Positions 48,643 through 57,154 of a stretch of 64,000 nt of DNA are shown piece after piece (the stretch's first letter is position 1; every line of letters begins with the position of its first letter). Under the pieces are notes generated by a model that saw only the letters and a program-made list of their open reading frames with translations, was not told where the DNA came from and did not search any database. Made by a program: the position numbers and the translations under genes. Origin of the DNA: Candidatus Margulisiibacteriota bacterium (GTDB taxonomy: Bacteria; Margulisbacteria; WOR-1; O2-12-FULL-45-9; XYB2-FULL-48-7); assembly GCA_041661965.1 (NCBI GenBank), contig JBAZTH010000002.1, forward strand, positions 1 through 64,000. Reading direction: 5' to 3'.

Positions 48643-49632
48643 GTGAAACATCAAGCCTTAGCCGAAGCGGTCCTAAGCGATCATAAAATCAGCCAAGCGG
48701 AAGCGCTCGAACTGATCGCGACCCCGGACGAGCGGACATTTGAACTGCTCGCCGCCGCCAACCGGCTCCGCCACCACTTCAAGGGGAACAAGGTCCGGCT
48801 CTGCGCCATCGTCAACGCCAAGTCAGGGCGCTGCAGCGAGAACTGTTCCTTCTGCGCCCAATCGGGACATTACAAGACCGACGCCGAGGTCTACCCGCTC
48901 CTGCCGGCCGAGGAGATCACCGCGACCGCCCGGAAAGCCGAAAAAGAACAACAGGCGACTTGTTTCTCGATCGTCACTTCAGGCCGGGGGGTCAACACCG
49001 AGAAGGATCTCGCCGAGATCTCCGGCGCCCTTCAGCAGATCAGCGGCTCGACTAAAATGAACCGCTGCGCCTCTCTCGGCATCCTCGACCGCCCAACGAT
49101 CAAAAAGCTAAAAGAAGCCGGTTTAAAAAAGCTCCATCATAACCTTGAAGCGGCGGAAAGTTTTTTCGCCAATGTCTGCACCACCCACACCTACGCCGAG
49201 CGGGTCGAAACGATCAAGAACGCGAAAGCGGAAGGAGTGGCGGTCTGCGCCGGCGGAATTTTCAATCTTGGGGAAAGCCTGGAACAGCGGATCGAACTCG
49301 CCCTCACCCTGCGGGAGTTAGCGGTCGATTCCGTCCCAATCAATATTCTTAACCCGGTTGCCGGAACGCCGGCCGCGGCTAAGCCCCAGCCGATCACCCC
49401 ACTGGAGGTCTTGCGGCTGATCGCGACTTATCGTTTTATTCTCCCGGCCCAGGATATCGGCCTCTTTGGCGGACGGGAAAAAGCCCTCGGGCAATTGCAA
49501 CCGCTGATGTTTATCGCCGGAGCAAATGTTACTTTGGTTGGTAATTATTTAACGACGTCAGGCCAATCGGCCGAACAAGACCTCGCCATGATCAAAGCGC
49601 TGGGATTAGAGGTCGAAGAGACCACGTGTTAG
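48643..49632 (+). CDS. bioB: Biotin synthase
   Basis: CSENCSFC radical-SAM cluster motif and BioB-like length and architecture. GTG start behind an extended -10 (TGGTATAAT at 48626-48634). Confidence 0.9.
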   Translation: MKHQALAEAVLSDHKISQAEALELIATPDERTFELLAAANRLRHHFKGNKVRLCAIVNAKSGRCSENCSFCAQSGHYKTDAEVYPLLPAEEITATARKAEKEQQATCFSIVTSGRGVNTEKDLAEISGALQQISGSTKMNRCASLGILDRPTIKKLKEAGLKKLHHNLEAAESFFANVCTTHTYAERVETIKNAKAEGVAVCAGGIFNLGESLEQRIELALTLRELAVDSVPINILNPVAGTPAAAKPQPITPLEVLRLIATYRFILPAQDIGLFGGREKALGQLQPLMFIAGANVTLVGNYLTTSGQSAEQDLAMIKALGLEVEETTC

Positions 49633-50720
49633 AGTTCATCAATCAGGAACTCGAGACGCAGAAACAAGCCGGTCTTTATCGTTCCCTCAATGCTGTGACC
49701 AAAAATAACGGCCGACTTATCGAAATCGACGGCAAACAACTGGTCAATTTCTGTTCCAATAATTATCTTGGCCTTGCTAATCACCCTAAGATTGTTGAAC
49801 AAGCGGCCACCACGCTCAAAGAATTCGGCGTCGGCGCGACCGGCTCGGCCCTGATCTGCGGCTGGACCAAATATCATGAGGCGCTGGTCAAAAAGCTGGC
49901 CGCTTACAAAAAACGAGCAGCAGCCATCCTCTTCCCGACCGGTTACCAGGCCAATCTGGGGGCGATCACCGCCCTGGTCGGAGAAGAAGACACCGTCATT
50001 ATCGACCGGCTGAACCATGCCAGCATTATTGACGCCTGCCATCTCTCTAAAGCCAAACTTCAAGTCTATAAACACCGCGACTTAGCCTCATTGGAAGCGG
50101 TCTTAAAACGGTCAGCTAAGTTCAAGAAACGGCTGATCGTCACCGACACTGTTTTCAGCATGGATGGCGATCTGGCCCCGCTGGCCGAGATCGTTAAACT
50201 CGCCAAGCGGTATGACGCCATCACCCTGGCCGACTACGCCCACGCCACCGGGGTGGTCGAACTACCCGGCGAGCCGGAGATCGTCATGGGAACACTGTCC
50301 AAAGCGCTCGGCAGCCTGGGTGGTTTTATCGCCGGCAGCGAGGAATTGATCGACTTCTTACGGAACAAAGCCCGCAGTTTTATCTACACGACCGCTCTCC
50401 CCCCCAGCGCCTGCGCCGCCGCCATCGCCGCGCTGGAAGTTATGGAACAGGAACCGGAAAGACGAGAGCGTTTGTGGTCAAATATCAATTATTTTCATTC
50501 CTCCGCCTTTTCTCCAATCATTCCGATCATTATCGGCGACAACGAAAAAACCGTCCGGGTCTCGCGACAGTTATACGACCGGGGCTTTTTCGTTTCCGCC
50601 ATCCGTCCGCCAACCGTTCCCGACGGCGAAGCCCGCTTGCGGATCACGATCACCAGCGAACATACCAAGGAGGACCTCGAATGCCTGGCATCTTCATTAC
50701 GGGAACTGATACCGGCGTAG
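49626..50720 (+). CDS. bioF: 8-amino-7-oxononanoate synthase (PLP-dependent)
   Basis: Class II aminotransferase fold with the PLP-lysine region TLSKALGSLGGF. Confidence 0.85.
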   Translation: MLEFINQELETQKQAGLYRSLNAVTKNNGRLIEIDGKQLVNFCSNNYLGLANHPKIVEQAATTLKEFGVGATGSALICGWTKYHEALVKKLAAYKKRAAAILFPTGYQANLGAITALVGEEDTVIIDRLNHASIIDACHLSKAKLQVYKHRDLASLEAVLKRSAKFKKRLIVTDTVFSMDGDLAPLAEIVKLAKRYDAITLADYAHATGVVELPGEPEIVMGTLSKALGSLGGFIAGSEELIDFLRNKARSFIYTTALPPSACAAAIAALEVMEQEPERRERLWSNINYFHSSAFSPIIPIIIGDNEKTVRVSRQLYDRGFFVSAIRPPTVPDGEARLRITITSEHTKEDLECLASSLRELIPA

Positions 50721-51292
50721 GCAAGACCTACGTCACTCAATATCTGGCCGAGGAATTCCGCCGCCAGGGAAGCGACGTCGGAATAATGAAGCCGATCTCC
50801 TGCGGCCCGGACAATGACGCTCTCCAGCTCAAAAAGAAGCTCAAGCTAAACGATCCTATCGAGCTGATCAACCCAATCCAGCTAAAATATCCTCTCGCGC
50901 CCCTCTCCGCCTCCCGCCTCGAAAAGAAAAAGATCGACCTTAAAAAGATCTTTGCCGCTTTTAAGAAGCTGGAGAAAAAACACGACCTGATCCTTATCGA
51001 AGGGGTCGGCGGCGTGGCAGTCCCGATCACCAGCAACTACTGCGTGATCGACCTGATCAAAGAACTGAACACGCCGACCATCGTCGTCGCCCGGGCGGGC
51101 CTGGGAACGATCAACCACACCCTGCTGACGGTCAGCGCGCTGAAAGACCAGGAGATCGAGATCATGGGGATAATCCTGAACGGCTTCCGGGGCAAAGACC
51201 GGGCGGAAAAGAGCAACGACGAAGTGATCGAGGAGCTAAGCGGGGTTCCGGTGATTGGCCGACTTAAATATAATACGAATACTCGAATATAA
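50681..51292 (+). CDS. bioD: Dethiobiotin synthetase
   Basis: P-loop TGTDTGVGKT. ATG 50681 behind RBS AAGGAGG; the 5' extension in the ORF track was discarded. Confidence 0.85.
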   Translation: MPGIFITGTDTGVGKTYVTQYLAEEFRRQGSDVGIMKPISCGPDNDALQLKKKLKLNDPIELINPIQLKYPLAPLSASRLEKKKIDLKKIFAAFKKLEKKHDLILIEGVGGVAVPITSNYCVIDLIKELNTPTIVVARAGLGTINHTLLTVSALKDQEIEIMGIILNGFRGKDRAEKSNDEVIEELSGVPVIGRLKYNTNTRI

Positions 51293-51366
51293 TACGAATA
51301 CACGAATATAATACGAATGCACGAATATCTTTATTAGTGAATTAGTTTCCCATTAGTGTATTCGTA
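51266..51366. repeat. Tandem 19-bp repeat (AATATAATACGAATAnnCG, 3.3 copies) plus inverted partial copies (GTATTCGTATC) in the convergent bioD/queH gap
   Basis: Read directly. Overlaps the bioD stop codon. Confidence 0.7.
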
Positions 51367-51930
51367 TCATTTTCGTATCGAGAACTCGCAGCCGCAGTAT
51401 CTCTGCCGGTAAACGCCATGCTTTTTCGACAGCTCCAGCCCTTTTTTGTGAGCCTGGCTGGCATCGAGAGGAAAGGTCCGGTAAGTTAATTTATATTCCC
51501 TGGCCAACTCCTCGCCGAAAGCGTTGATCGCCGAAACGTCTTTGAAACGGCTGACGCTTAAGGTGGTGGCAAATTCCTGAAAGTTATTTTCGGCGGCATA
51601 TTCGGCGGTATTCAATAACCGGAACTTAAAACAGAGCTGGCAGCGCGCGCTATTTTCCCCGTAACTCTCCAAGGAAGCCTCAAGGCGTTCTTTTAGATAA
51701 GCCAGCCAGCTGTTATGGTCGTACCCTCCTTCGAGGAACTCAACCCCGTACTGAACGGCGATCCGCCGGGCCTCCTCCAATCTCTTCAGGTACTCGGCTT
51801 CGGGCGAGATGTTCGGTCCGTAAAAATAGAGAGCAAATTGATCGAGCGGACGCTGCTCCGTGCCGATCAAATGATCGATGATCGGCAAAGCGCAAGGAGC
51901 GCAGCAGACGTTAAGTAATAGTTTCCCCAT
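51367..51930 (-). CDS. queH: Epoxyqueuosine reductase QueH (DUF208)
   Basis: N-terminal LLLNVCCAPCALP (the CCAPC motif) plus additional conserved Cys residues (QLCFKFR, YCGCE). Confidence 0.7.
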   Translation of the reverse strand: MGKLLLNVCCAPCALPIIDHLIGTEQRPLDQFALYFYGPNISPEAEYLKRLEEARRIAVQYGVEFLEGGYDHNSWLAYLKERLEASLESYGENSARCQLCFKFRLLNTAEYAAENNFQEFATTLSVSRFKDVSAINAFGEELAREYKLTYRTFPLDASQAHKKGLELSKKHGVYRQRYCGCEFSIRK

Positions 51931-51947
51931 GACAACTATTTTAACAT

Positions 51948-52646
51948 TTAAGAAAACATTTCCGCGACAATTTTCTCAACTATTTGCCAGGTAAAGACAT
52001 GAGAAAGGGTCCGGGCTTCATTTATTGCCTCAAGAGAAAAGGGCCCGTTTTCCTGATGTTCAATTATCGCCCCAAAGGCAAAAGCGGTTGAACGCTCAAG
52101 TCCTAGCGGGGTTACCAGCAGCGCGCCTCGATCAAAGGAAAAGTTTTCCGGAACAATGGCTAATAGACGATTGGAATAGATCGCCTTAGTAAAGAACCCT
52201 TCCTCAGAAAACTGCTCCACCATTATTGTCTGGTTGCAGATCGCCTCACGACCCGACGAACCGACCAACCGCTGTTCTAAGCTCTTCCTTTCCACTCCGG
52301 CAATATCCGGCAAATGAAGGCTAACCCGCCTTCGTCCTAAGGCTTCGCCCAGCAAACTATTCGGCTGATCGCTCGGCAAACACCCCTGAAGCCGGCCGAC
52401 CGCCGATTGGACCTCGATTGTTTGCCCGATGTGGGAAAAAGCTAAAAACATCGTTGCGTTCTCGTTCCGTAAACCGGCATAGATCCCGGCCGAGCTGGCA
52501 AAAACCTCGTCCATCGAACGCAAGGGGATCAGAGCTTGCTGAACAGCTTCATACTTTTTTCTGACCTTGAGGTCAGCCGTGCCAAGTTTGGCCGAATAAG
52601 CTTTTTGAATAGTGGTCAGCGAGTTTATTTTTAAGGCGTATAACAT
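51948..52646 (-). CDS. Hypothetical protein (232 aa)
   Basis: ORF with coding-like composition and no recognised motif. Operonic with the DUF294 gene. Confidence 0.4.
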   Translation of the reverse strand: MLYALKINSLTTIQKAYSAKLGTADLKVRKKYEAVQQALIPLRSMDEVFASSAGIYAGLRNENATMFLAFSHIGQTIEVQSAVGRLQGCLPSDQPNSLLGEALGRRRVSLHLPDIAGVERKSLEQRLVGSSGREAICNQTIMVEQFSEEGFFTKAIYSNRLLAIVPENFSFDRGALLVTPLGLERSTAFAFGAIIEHQENGPFSLEAINEARTLSHVFTWQIVEKIVAEMFS

Positions 52647-52680
52647 CTCACTACCTGTTCGTCAGATTTCGGGACGGATT

Positions 52681-53808
52681 TCACTTATTCATTTTTCCAA
52701 GCAGTTCTGAGGAAAAAACAAGTAATTGTCGGCAAGCAGACCGAACCTGGCCAAGTAGTTCCTTCTCGCTGGTCTTCTTTACGCGAGCCACGGCTTCAAT
52801 GGCTTCTGGGGTCAGAATGATTGAATCGACGGCATCATACAAAGAGAAGCCAATAATATGCCTGATGCCTAAAACATAATTAAAAGCCGCTAATACAGTT
52901 TTCCGCTGATGGCTATTAATAAGCCCTTGATCATACAATTCTTGCATTATTACCCAGGGTGAGTCGGCTTTGATCTGGTATTTCACTTTAACCGCGCTTA
53001 AGGCTTGACCGAACGGCCGCAGAGCGTCGGCTTTTAAATTAATAAAGCTCTTTTTTTCGGTCGCAAGGTCATCGGTAAAAACCTGCCAGCATAGATCAAC
53101 CATTTGCTCCGGCTGAGTTCCAAATAAATTTTGGCGCAGCTCCCCTAATTGGCATTCATAATAAGCCAGCCGCTTGCCGCCTCGTATCTCCAACAACTGC
53201 AGATCAAGCAACAAGGAAAGAGCTGGTAATTTCCCCGCTAATTGCATTGGGGCAAATCGATCATGCCCATCCCCACCGGTTTCAAACAAGCCGCTCAAAC
53301 CAGACAAAGGTTGGTTTTCAAAACAATTGGAAACCGCCCAATCCATTTCAATCCCGGAATTGTTCAAAGTTTCCGCCATTTTCATTTCAACGTTAATGGC
53401 CGCTTCCCGGTCCTCTTCCCTCGCCGGAAAAACACCGGCATCAATATCGGAAAGAAAGGGATGGGTCCGATGGGCAACACTCCCGGCTAAACCAAGCGCG
53501 AAATTTCCGGCTACCCCATCGGCAGCCAGGCGGAAGGCGTTGACCAGCAAAGATTGCCGTAAATCAGCTAATTGATCGGAAGTCAGGACCGGATTTTCAC
53601 TGGCCTTATAAAGATCGACTATACGAATAATATGCCGCTGATGAAAATCTCTCAAAGCAAGTTCGGGATCATTGGCTCTTAACGATGTTTCCGCTTCGAT
53701 CGCAAGCTGGGGCAGGCTTCGGGTTGAGTGGTTATGCCTGGTCTTGTTTTGCCAAAACCGACTGCTAGCTGTCCCTTGAATGCTTTCTGTTAGCTTAACT
53801 CCAATCAT
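52681..53808 (-). CDS. Nucleotidyltransferase-domain protein (GlnD/DUF294-like: minimal NTase plus substrate-binding domain)
   Basis: The GS...DxD NTase signature GSVAHRTHPFLSDIDAGVF. Confidence 0.4.
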   Translation of the reverse strand: MIGVKLTESIQGTASSRFWQNKTRHNHSTRSLPQLAIEAETSLRANDPELALRDFHQRHIIRIVDLYKASENPVLTSDQLADLRQSLLVNAFRLAADGVAGNFALGLAGSVAHRTHPFLSDIDAGVFPAREEDREAAINVEMKMAETLNNSGIEMDWAVSNCFENQPLSGLSGLFETGGDGHDRFAPMQLAGKLPALSLLLDLQLLEIRGGKRLAYYECQLGELRQNLFGTQPEQMVDLCWQVFTDDLATEKKSFINLKADALRPFGQALSAVKVKYQIKADSPWVIMQELYDQGLINSHQRKTVLAAFNYVLGIRHIIGFSLYDAVDSIILTPEAIEAVARVKKTSEKELLGQVRSACRQLLVFSSELLGKMNK

Positions 53809-53863
53809 AATCGGGGTTCGATCTCCCCAATATATATCGTTACTTTTTAACCGCTATTTCAGC

Positions 53864-54337
53864 TCAATTCAGGAGCGCCACCGCCAGGTTCAGAACCGAG
53901 GCAAAGCTAACCCACAAGATATACGGGAGGAGGAGCCAGGCGGCCGTTTTGGAGAGCTTGGCAAATCGGATGATCGTCTCCAGGATCAATAACCAAAGGA
54001 TAACAATAACAACAAAAGCCCCCCACGGGGAATGATAATTGAAAAAGACGATCGACCAGGCAACGTTAAAGCCAAGCTGGACGGCAAAATAAAGCAAGGC
54101 GAGTTTGCCCTCTTTTCTCTCCCACCCTTTTTCCCAGATCAGGTAAGCGGCAATCCCCATCAGAATAAAAAGCAGGGTCCATACGGGGCCAAATATCCAG
54201 TTCGGCGGATTAAAGAACGGTTTATTAAGGGCGGCGTACCAGGTCGGGATCGACGGCATCGTAAAGATCGAGCCGATAACCCCGGCCCCGAGACAAACCG
54301 CGATCGCGATCAAAAGCCCAATAATTTTTTTAAGCAT
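53864..54337 (-). CDS. tspO: TspO/MBR-family (tryptophan-rich sensory) membrane protein
   Basis: 5-TM, Trp-rich (WYAALNKPFFNPPNWIFGPVWTLLF). Confidence 0.8.
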   Translation of the reverse strand: MLKKIIGLLIAIAVCLGAGVIGSIFTMPSIPTWYAALNKPFFNPPNWIFGPVWTLLFILMGIAAYLIWEKGWERKEGKLALLYFAVQLGFNVAWSIVFFNYHSPWGAFVVIVILWLLILETIIRFAKLSKTAAWLLLPYILWVSFASVLNLAVALLN

Positions 54338-54821
54338 TTTTTGTCGCCTCCTTAATCGTTTTAACCCACTCCCCGATCTTTTTTAACGCCCCCTCTTTTT
54401 CCCGCAAAGGATAATTGAAATCGATCTGGCCAACAATTTCGTTCCCGGACAGAGTTTTTCTTAAATTATCAAAAGTCTTGGCCGGGTCGCTTTCATGGCA
54501 ACAAAAGAGGGCGATCTTCTTCCCCTTTAACGGCTGAAGCTTAAGGAATGAGTTGATCGCCGGTGCGTAAGTAAAGGCCCAGACTGGCGAGCCAATAACG
54601 ATCAGGTCATAGCCGCTAGCTTCTTTAGATAAGGGAAAAAGCTCCGGCTTTTCTCCCATTACGACCTGTTTGCCACCCCAAAAAAAGCGCATGGGGGAAG
54701 TCACGCTAACATCTTTTTTGGGCTTGAGCTCCAGGAGATCGGCGCCCAGTTCTTTGGCGACCGTTTCGGCAACAAACCGGGTATTCCCTTCAAGCGAATA
54801 GTAAACAACTAGCTTTTTCAT
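54330..54821 (-). CDS. Flavodoxin-like-fold protein
   Basis: MKKLVVYYSLEGNTRFVA FMN-binding N-terminus. Start behind RBS GGAGGAAAAAAAACA; the upstream extension was discarded. Confidence 0.6.
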   Translation of the reverse strand: MKKLVVYYSLEGNTRFVAETVAKELGADLLELKPKKDVSVTSPMRFFWGGKQVVMGEKPELFPLSKEASGYDLIVIGSPVWAFTYAPAINSFLKLQPLKGKKIALFCCHESDPAKTFDNLRKTLSGNEIVGQIDFNYPLREKEGALKKIGEWVKTIKEATKNA

Positions 54822-54887
54822 TGTTTTTTTTCCTCCCAAGTTTATACAAAACCCAAGATAATGATAACATAATGATATAATTGATTC

Positions 54888-55238
54888 ATGCCAATCAACA
54901 AAGCGAAGAACCACTATTTAGGTAAAGGGACCCCTCGCCTCAACTGCGCCCAGTCGGTCATCAAAGCGTTCCAGGAACACTTTGGCCATGATGACAAGGC
55001 CGTGGCCGAGTTCCTCGCCTGCGGCAGCGGCAACGCCCCCGGCGGGGTTTGCGGCGCTTACTATGCCGCCCGGCATCTGTTGGAGAAGAAAAGCCCAGAT
55101 AAAATATCGGAGTTTGACTCTTGGTTCAAAGAAAAAGCCGGTTCACTAAGCTGCAAAGAGATCCGCCAGGGGCGCAAGCTCTCTTGCCTCGGTTGCGTGG
55201 AAAAAGCGGCGGAATTCGTCAAATCAAGTCTTCGTTAA
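54888..55238 (+). CDS. C_GCAxxG_C_C-family putative redox-active protein
   Basis: Cys pattern LNCAQSV...LACGSGNAPGGVCGAYYAA...CLGCV. Confidence 0.4.
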   Translation: MPINKAKNHYLGKGTPRLNCAQSVIKAFQEHFGHDDKAVAEFLACGSGNAPGGVCGAYYAARHLLEKKSPDKISEFDSWFKEKAGSLSCKEIRQGRKLSCLGCVEKAAEFVKSSLR

Positions 55239-55241
55239 TTT

Positions 55242-55709
55242 TTATTCTTCGTTAAGCCAAGCGGGCGGCGCATTGTCTCCGTTTTCCGATTCATCTGGAC
55301 CGGCTTTCCTGATCTGCCTGGGACGGGCAGAAACCGTCTTTTTCGCCTTCCCTCTCAAAGCCATTTCCAGCCGGACTTGCAGTTCGGCGATCTCCCGCTC
55401 GTGTTTGGCGTTCAAGAAGTTGATCTCTTCCGCTTGTTTCAGATTAAGCGCCTTAACTTCTTCTTCATGTTTGGTCATCATCACGGAAAGATCCGGTTTG
55501 CCGGTCACTTCTTCTTCGATCCTGGGAATTGGCTCCCACATCCGGCCGTTATACTTCCAGCTTTGGCCGGTCTCGGTATTGACCATCATAAAGGAACTGC
55601 CGCCCCAAAAACCGGCTCTTTCCATGAAGATCTTATAGCGATTGGGGTTAGCGTTGGCAACGGAAGCGATAATTAGCAGTAACAAAAACAGCAAAACCGT
55701 TTTCTTCAT
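55242..55709 (-). CDS. Secreted coiled-coil protein (hypothetical)
   Basis: Signal peptide, then a helical EEVKALNLKQAEEINFLNAKHEREIAELQ segment. Confidence 0.4.
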   Translation of the reverse strand: MKKTVLLFLLLLIIASVANANPNRYKIFMERAGFWGGSSFMMVNTETGQSWKYNGRMWEPIPRIEEEVTGKPDLSVMMTKHEEEVKALNLKQAEEINFLNAKHEREIAELQVRLEMALRGKAKKTVSARPRQIRKAGPDESENGDNAPPAWLNEE

Positions 55710-55727
55710 GATCGATCCCCTCCCTAG

Positions 55728-57110
55728 CTACTTGCCGTCTTTTTTCATCGCCGCGATTATGTCATCGATCCCAAAACCATATTTTTGTTTTGGCGACGGT
55801 GGCGGCGGCGACGAGACCTTTTTCTCGGCTAGCGGGGCTCTGGGCCTCTCCGGTTGTTCCGGTCTCCGATGTTGGGACTGCTGACGTCCGGGGTAAGAAG
55901 GACGCCCCTGCGAACGGCGTTGTTCGTTTCTCCCTCGTTGCGGGAAATGGCGGCCTTGGGGCGCCGAACTTCCCCGCTCAAAGCCTTCGGTCATGATCTC
56001 GGGGTGACGGCCGACAGGAATGCTCAATTTCATCATTCTTTCGATGCTGCGAAATTCTTTTTCCTGGTCCGGGGTCGCCAGCGAGATCGCCTTCCCTTCG
56101 CTCCCGGCCCGGGCGGTCCGCCCGATCCGGTGGACATAATTCTCGCTGTCATCGGGCAGGTCGAAATTAACGACCAGCTCGATCCCTTTAACGTCAATAC
56201 CGCGGGCGGCGATATCGGTCGCCACAAGCACCCGGTATTTCCCTCGTTTGAACCCTTCCAGCGCTTCGCGCCGCTGGGCGAGTGATCGGTCGGAATGGAT
56301 ATCGGCCGCATTAATATGCCTTGCTTGCAGGTCGCGGGCCACCCGGAAAGCCCCTCGTTTGGTCCGGCAAAAAACCAGGACCGTCCCCCGGTATTGTTCC
56401 AGGAGCTTGCAGAGCAGGGACAATTTAGCTTCTTTTCTGACGATAAAAACTTCCTGGGAAACCTTTTCGGCCGCGGTCCCCGGAGGGGCAACCTCGATCC
56501 GAATCGGCAGTTTCATGTATTTGGAAGCGACCCGGACGATCTCGACCGGCATGGTCGCGGAAAAAAGCATCGTTTGTTTCTCGCGCGGCACGGTTTTTAA
56601 GACCTGTTCGATCTGCGGAGCGAAACCCATGTCGAGCATCCGGTCAGCTTCGTCGAGGACCACAATCCTGGCATCGCCTAAGTAAACATTCCCTTGGCCA
56701 AGATGATCGATCAAGCGCCCCGGGGTCGCGATAATGATACGAGCTTGGCGGCGGAGCGCCTGGATCTGCTGTCCCATTGAAGCGCCGCCGATCAGGACGG
56801 CCGGGCGAACATTGTAAGCCTGGCAAAATAAGCGGAGGCTTTCTTCGACCTGAAGAGCTAATTCACGGGTCGGGACCAGGATCAGCCCTTTTCCCTGTTC
56901 GGTAGCCAAACGCTGGATCATCGGGATGCCGAAAGCGAGAGTTTTACCGGTCCCGGTCTGGGCGATCCCAACCAGGTCTTTCCCTTCAACCGCGACCGGG
57001 ATAGCTTTGTGCTGGATCGGGGTCGGGGTCGTAAAGCGAAGTTTTTCCAAGACACCTAATGTTTTTGGGGCAAGGCCAAGGCCGTAAAAAGTCTGGTTTT
57101 CGTTGTTCAT
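55728..57110 (-). CDS. DEAD-box ATP-dependent RNA helicase (RhlE/DeaD-like) with an RG/Pro-rich tail
   Basis: Q-motif, GTGKTLAF, DEAD, SAT and HRIGRTARAG motifs. Confidence 0.9.
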   Translation of the reverse strand: MNNENQTFYGLGLAPKTLGVLEKLRFTTPTPIQHKAIPVAVEGKDLVGIAQTGTGKTLAFGIPMIQRLATEQGKGLILVPTRELALQVEESLRLFCQAYNVRPAVLIGGASMGQQIQALRRQARIIIATPGRLIDHLGQGNVYLGDARIVVLDEADRMLDMGFAPQIEQVLKTVPREKQTMLFSATMPVEIVRVASKYMKLPIRIEVAPPGTAAEKVSQEVFIVRKEAKLSLLCKLLEQYRGTVLVFCRTKRGAFRVARDLQARHINAADIHSDRSLAQRREALEGFKRGKYRVLVATDIAARGIDVKGIELVVNFDLPDDSENYVHRIGRTARAGSEGKAISLATPDQEKEFRSIERMMKLSIPVGRHPEIMTEGFERGSSAPQGRHFPQRGRNEQRRSQGRPSYPGRQQSQHRRPEQPERPRAPLAEKKVSSPPPPSPKQKYGFGIDDIIAAMKKDGK

Positions 57111-57154
57111 ATCATTATTGTAGTCCTTTTTCGCTTAATAATCAAATATATGGG

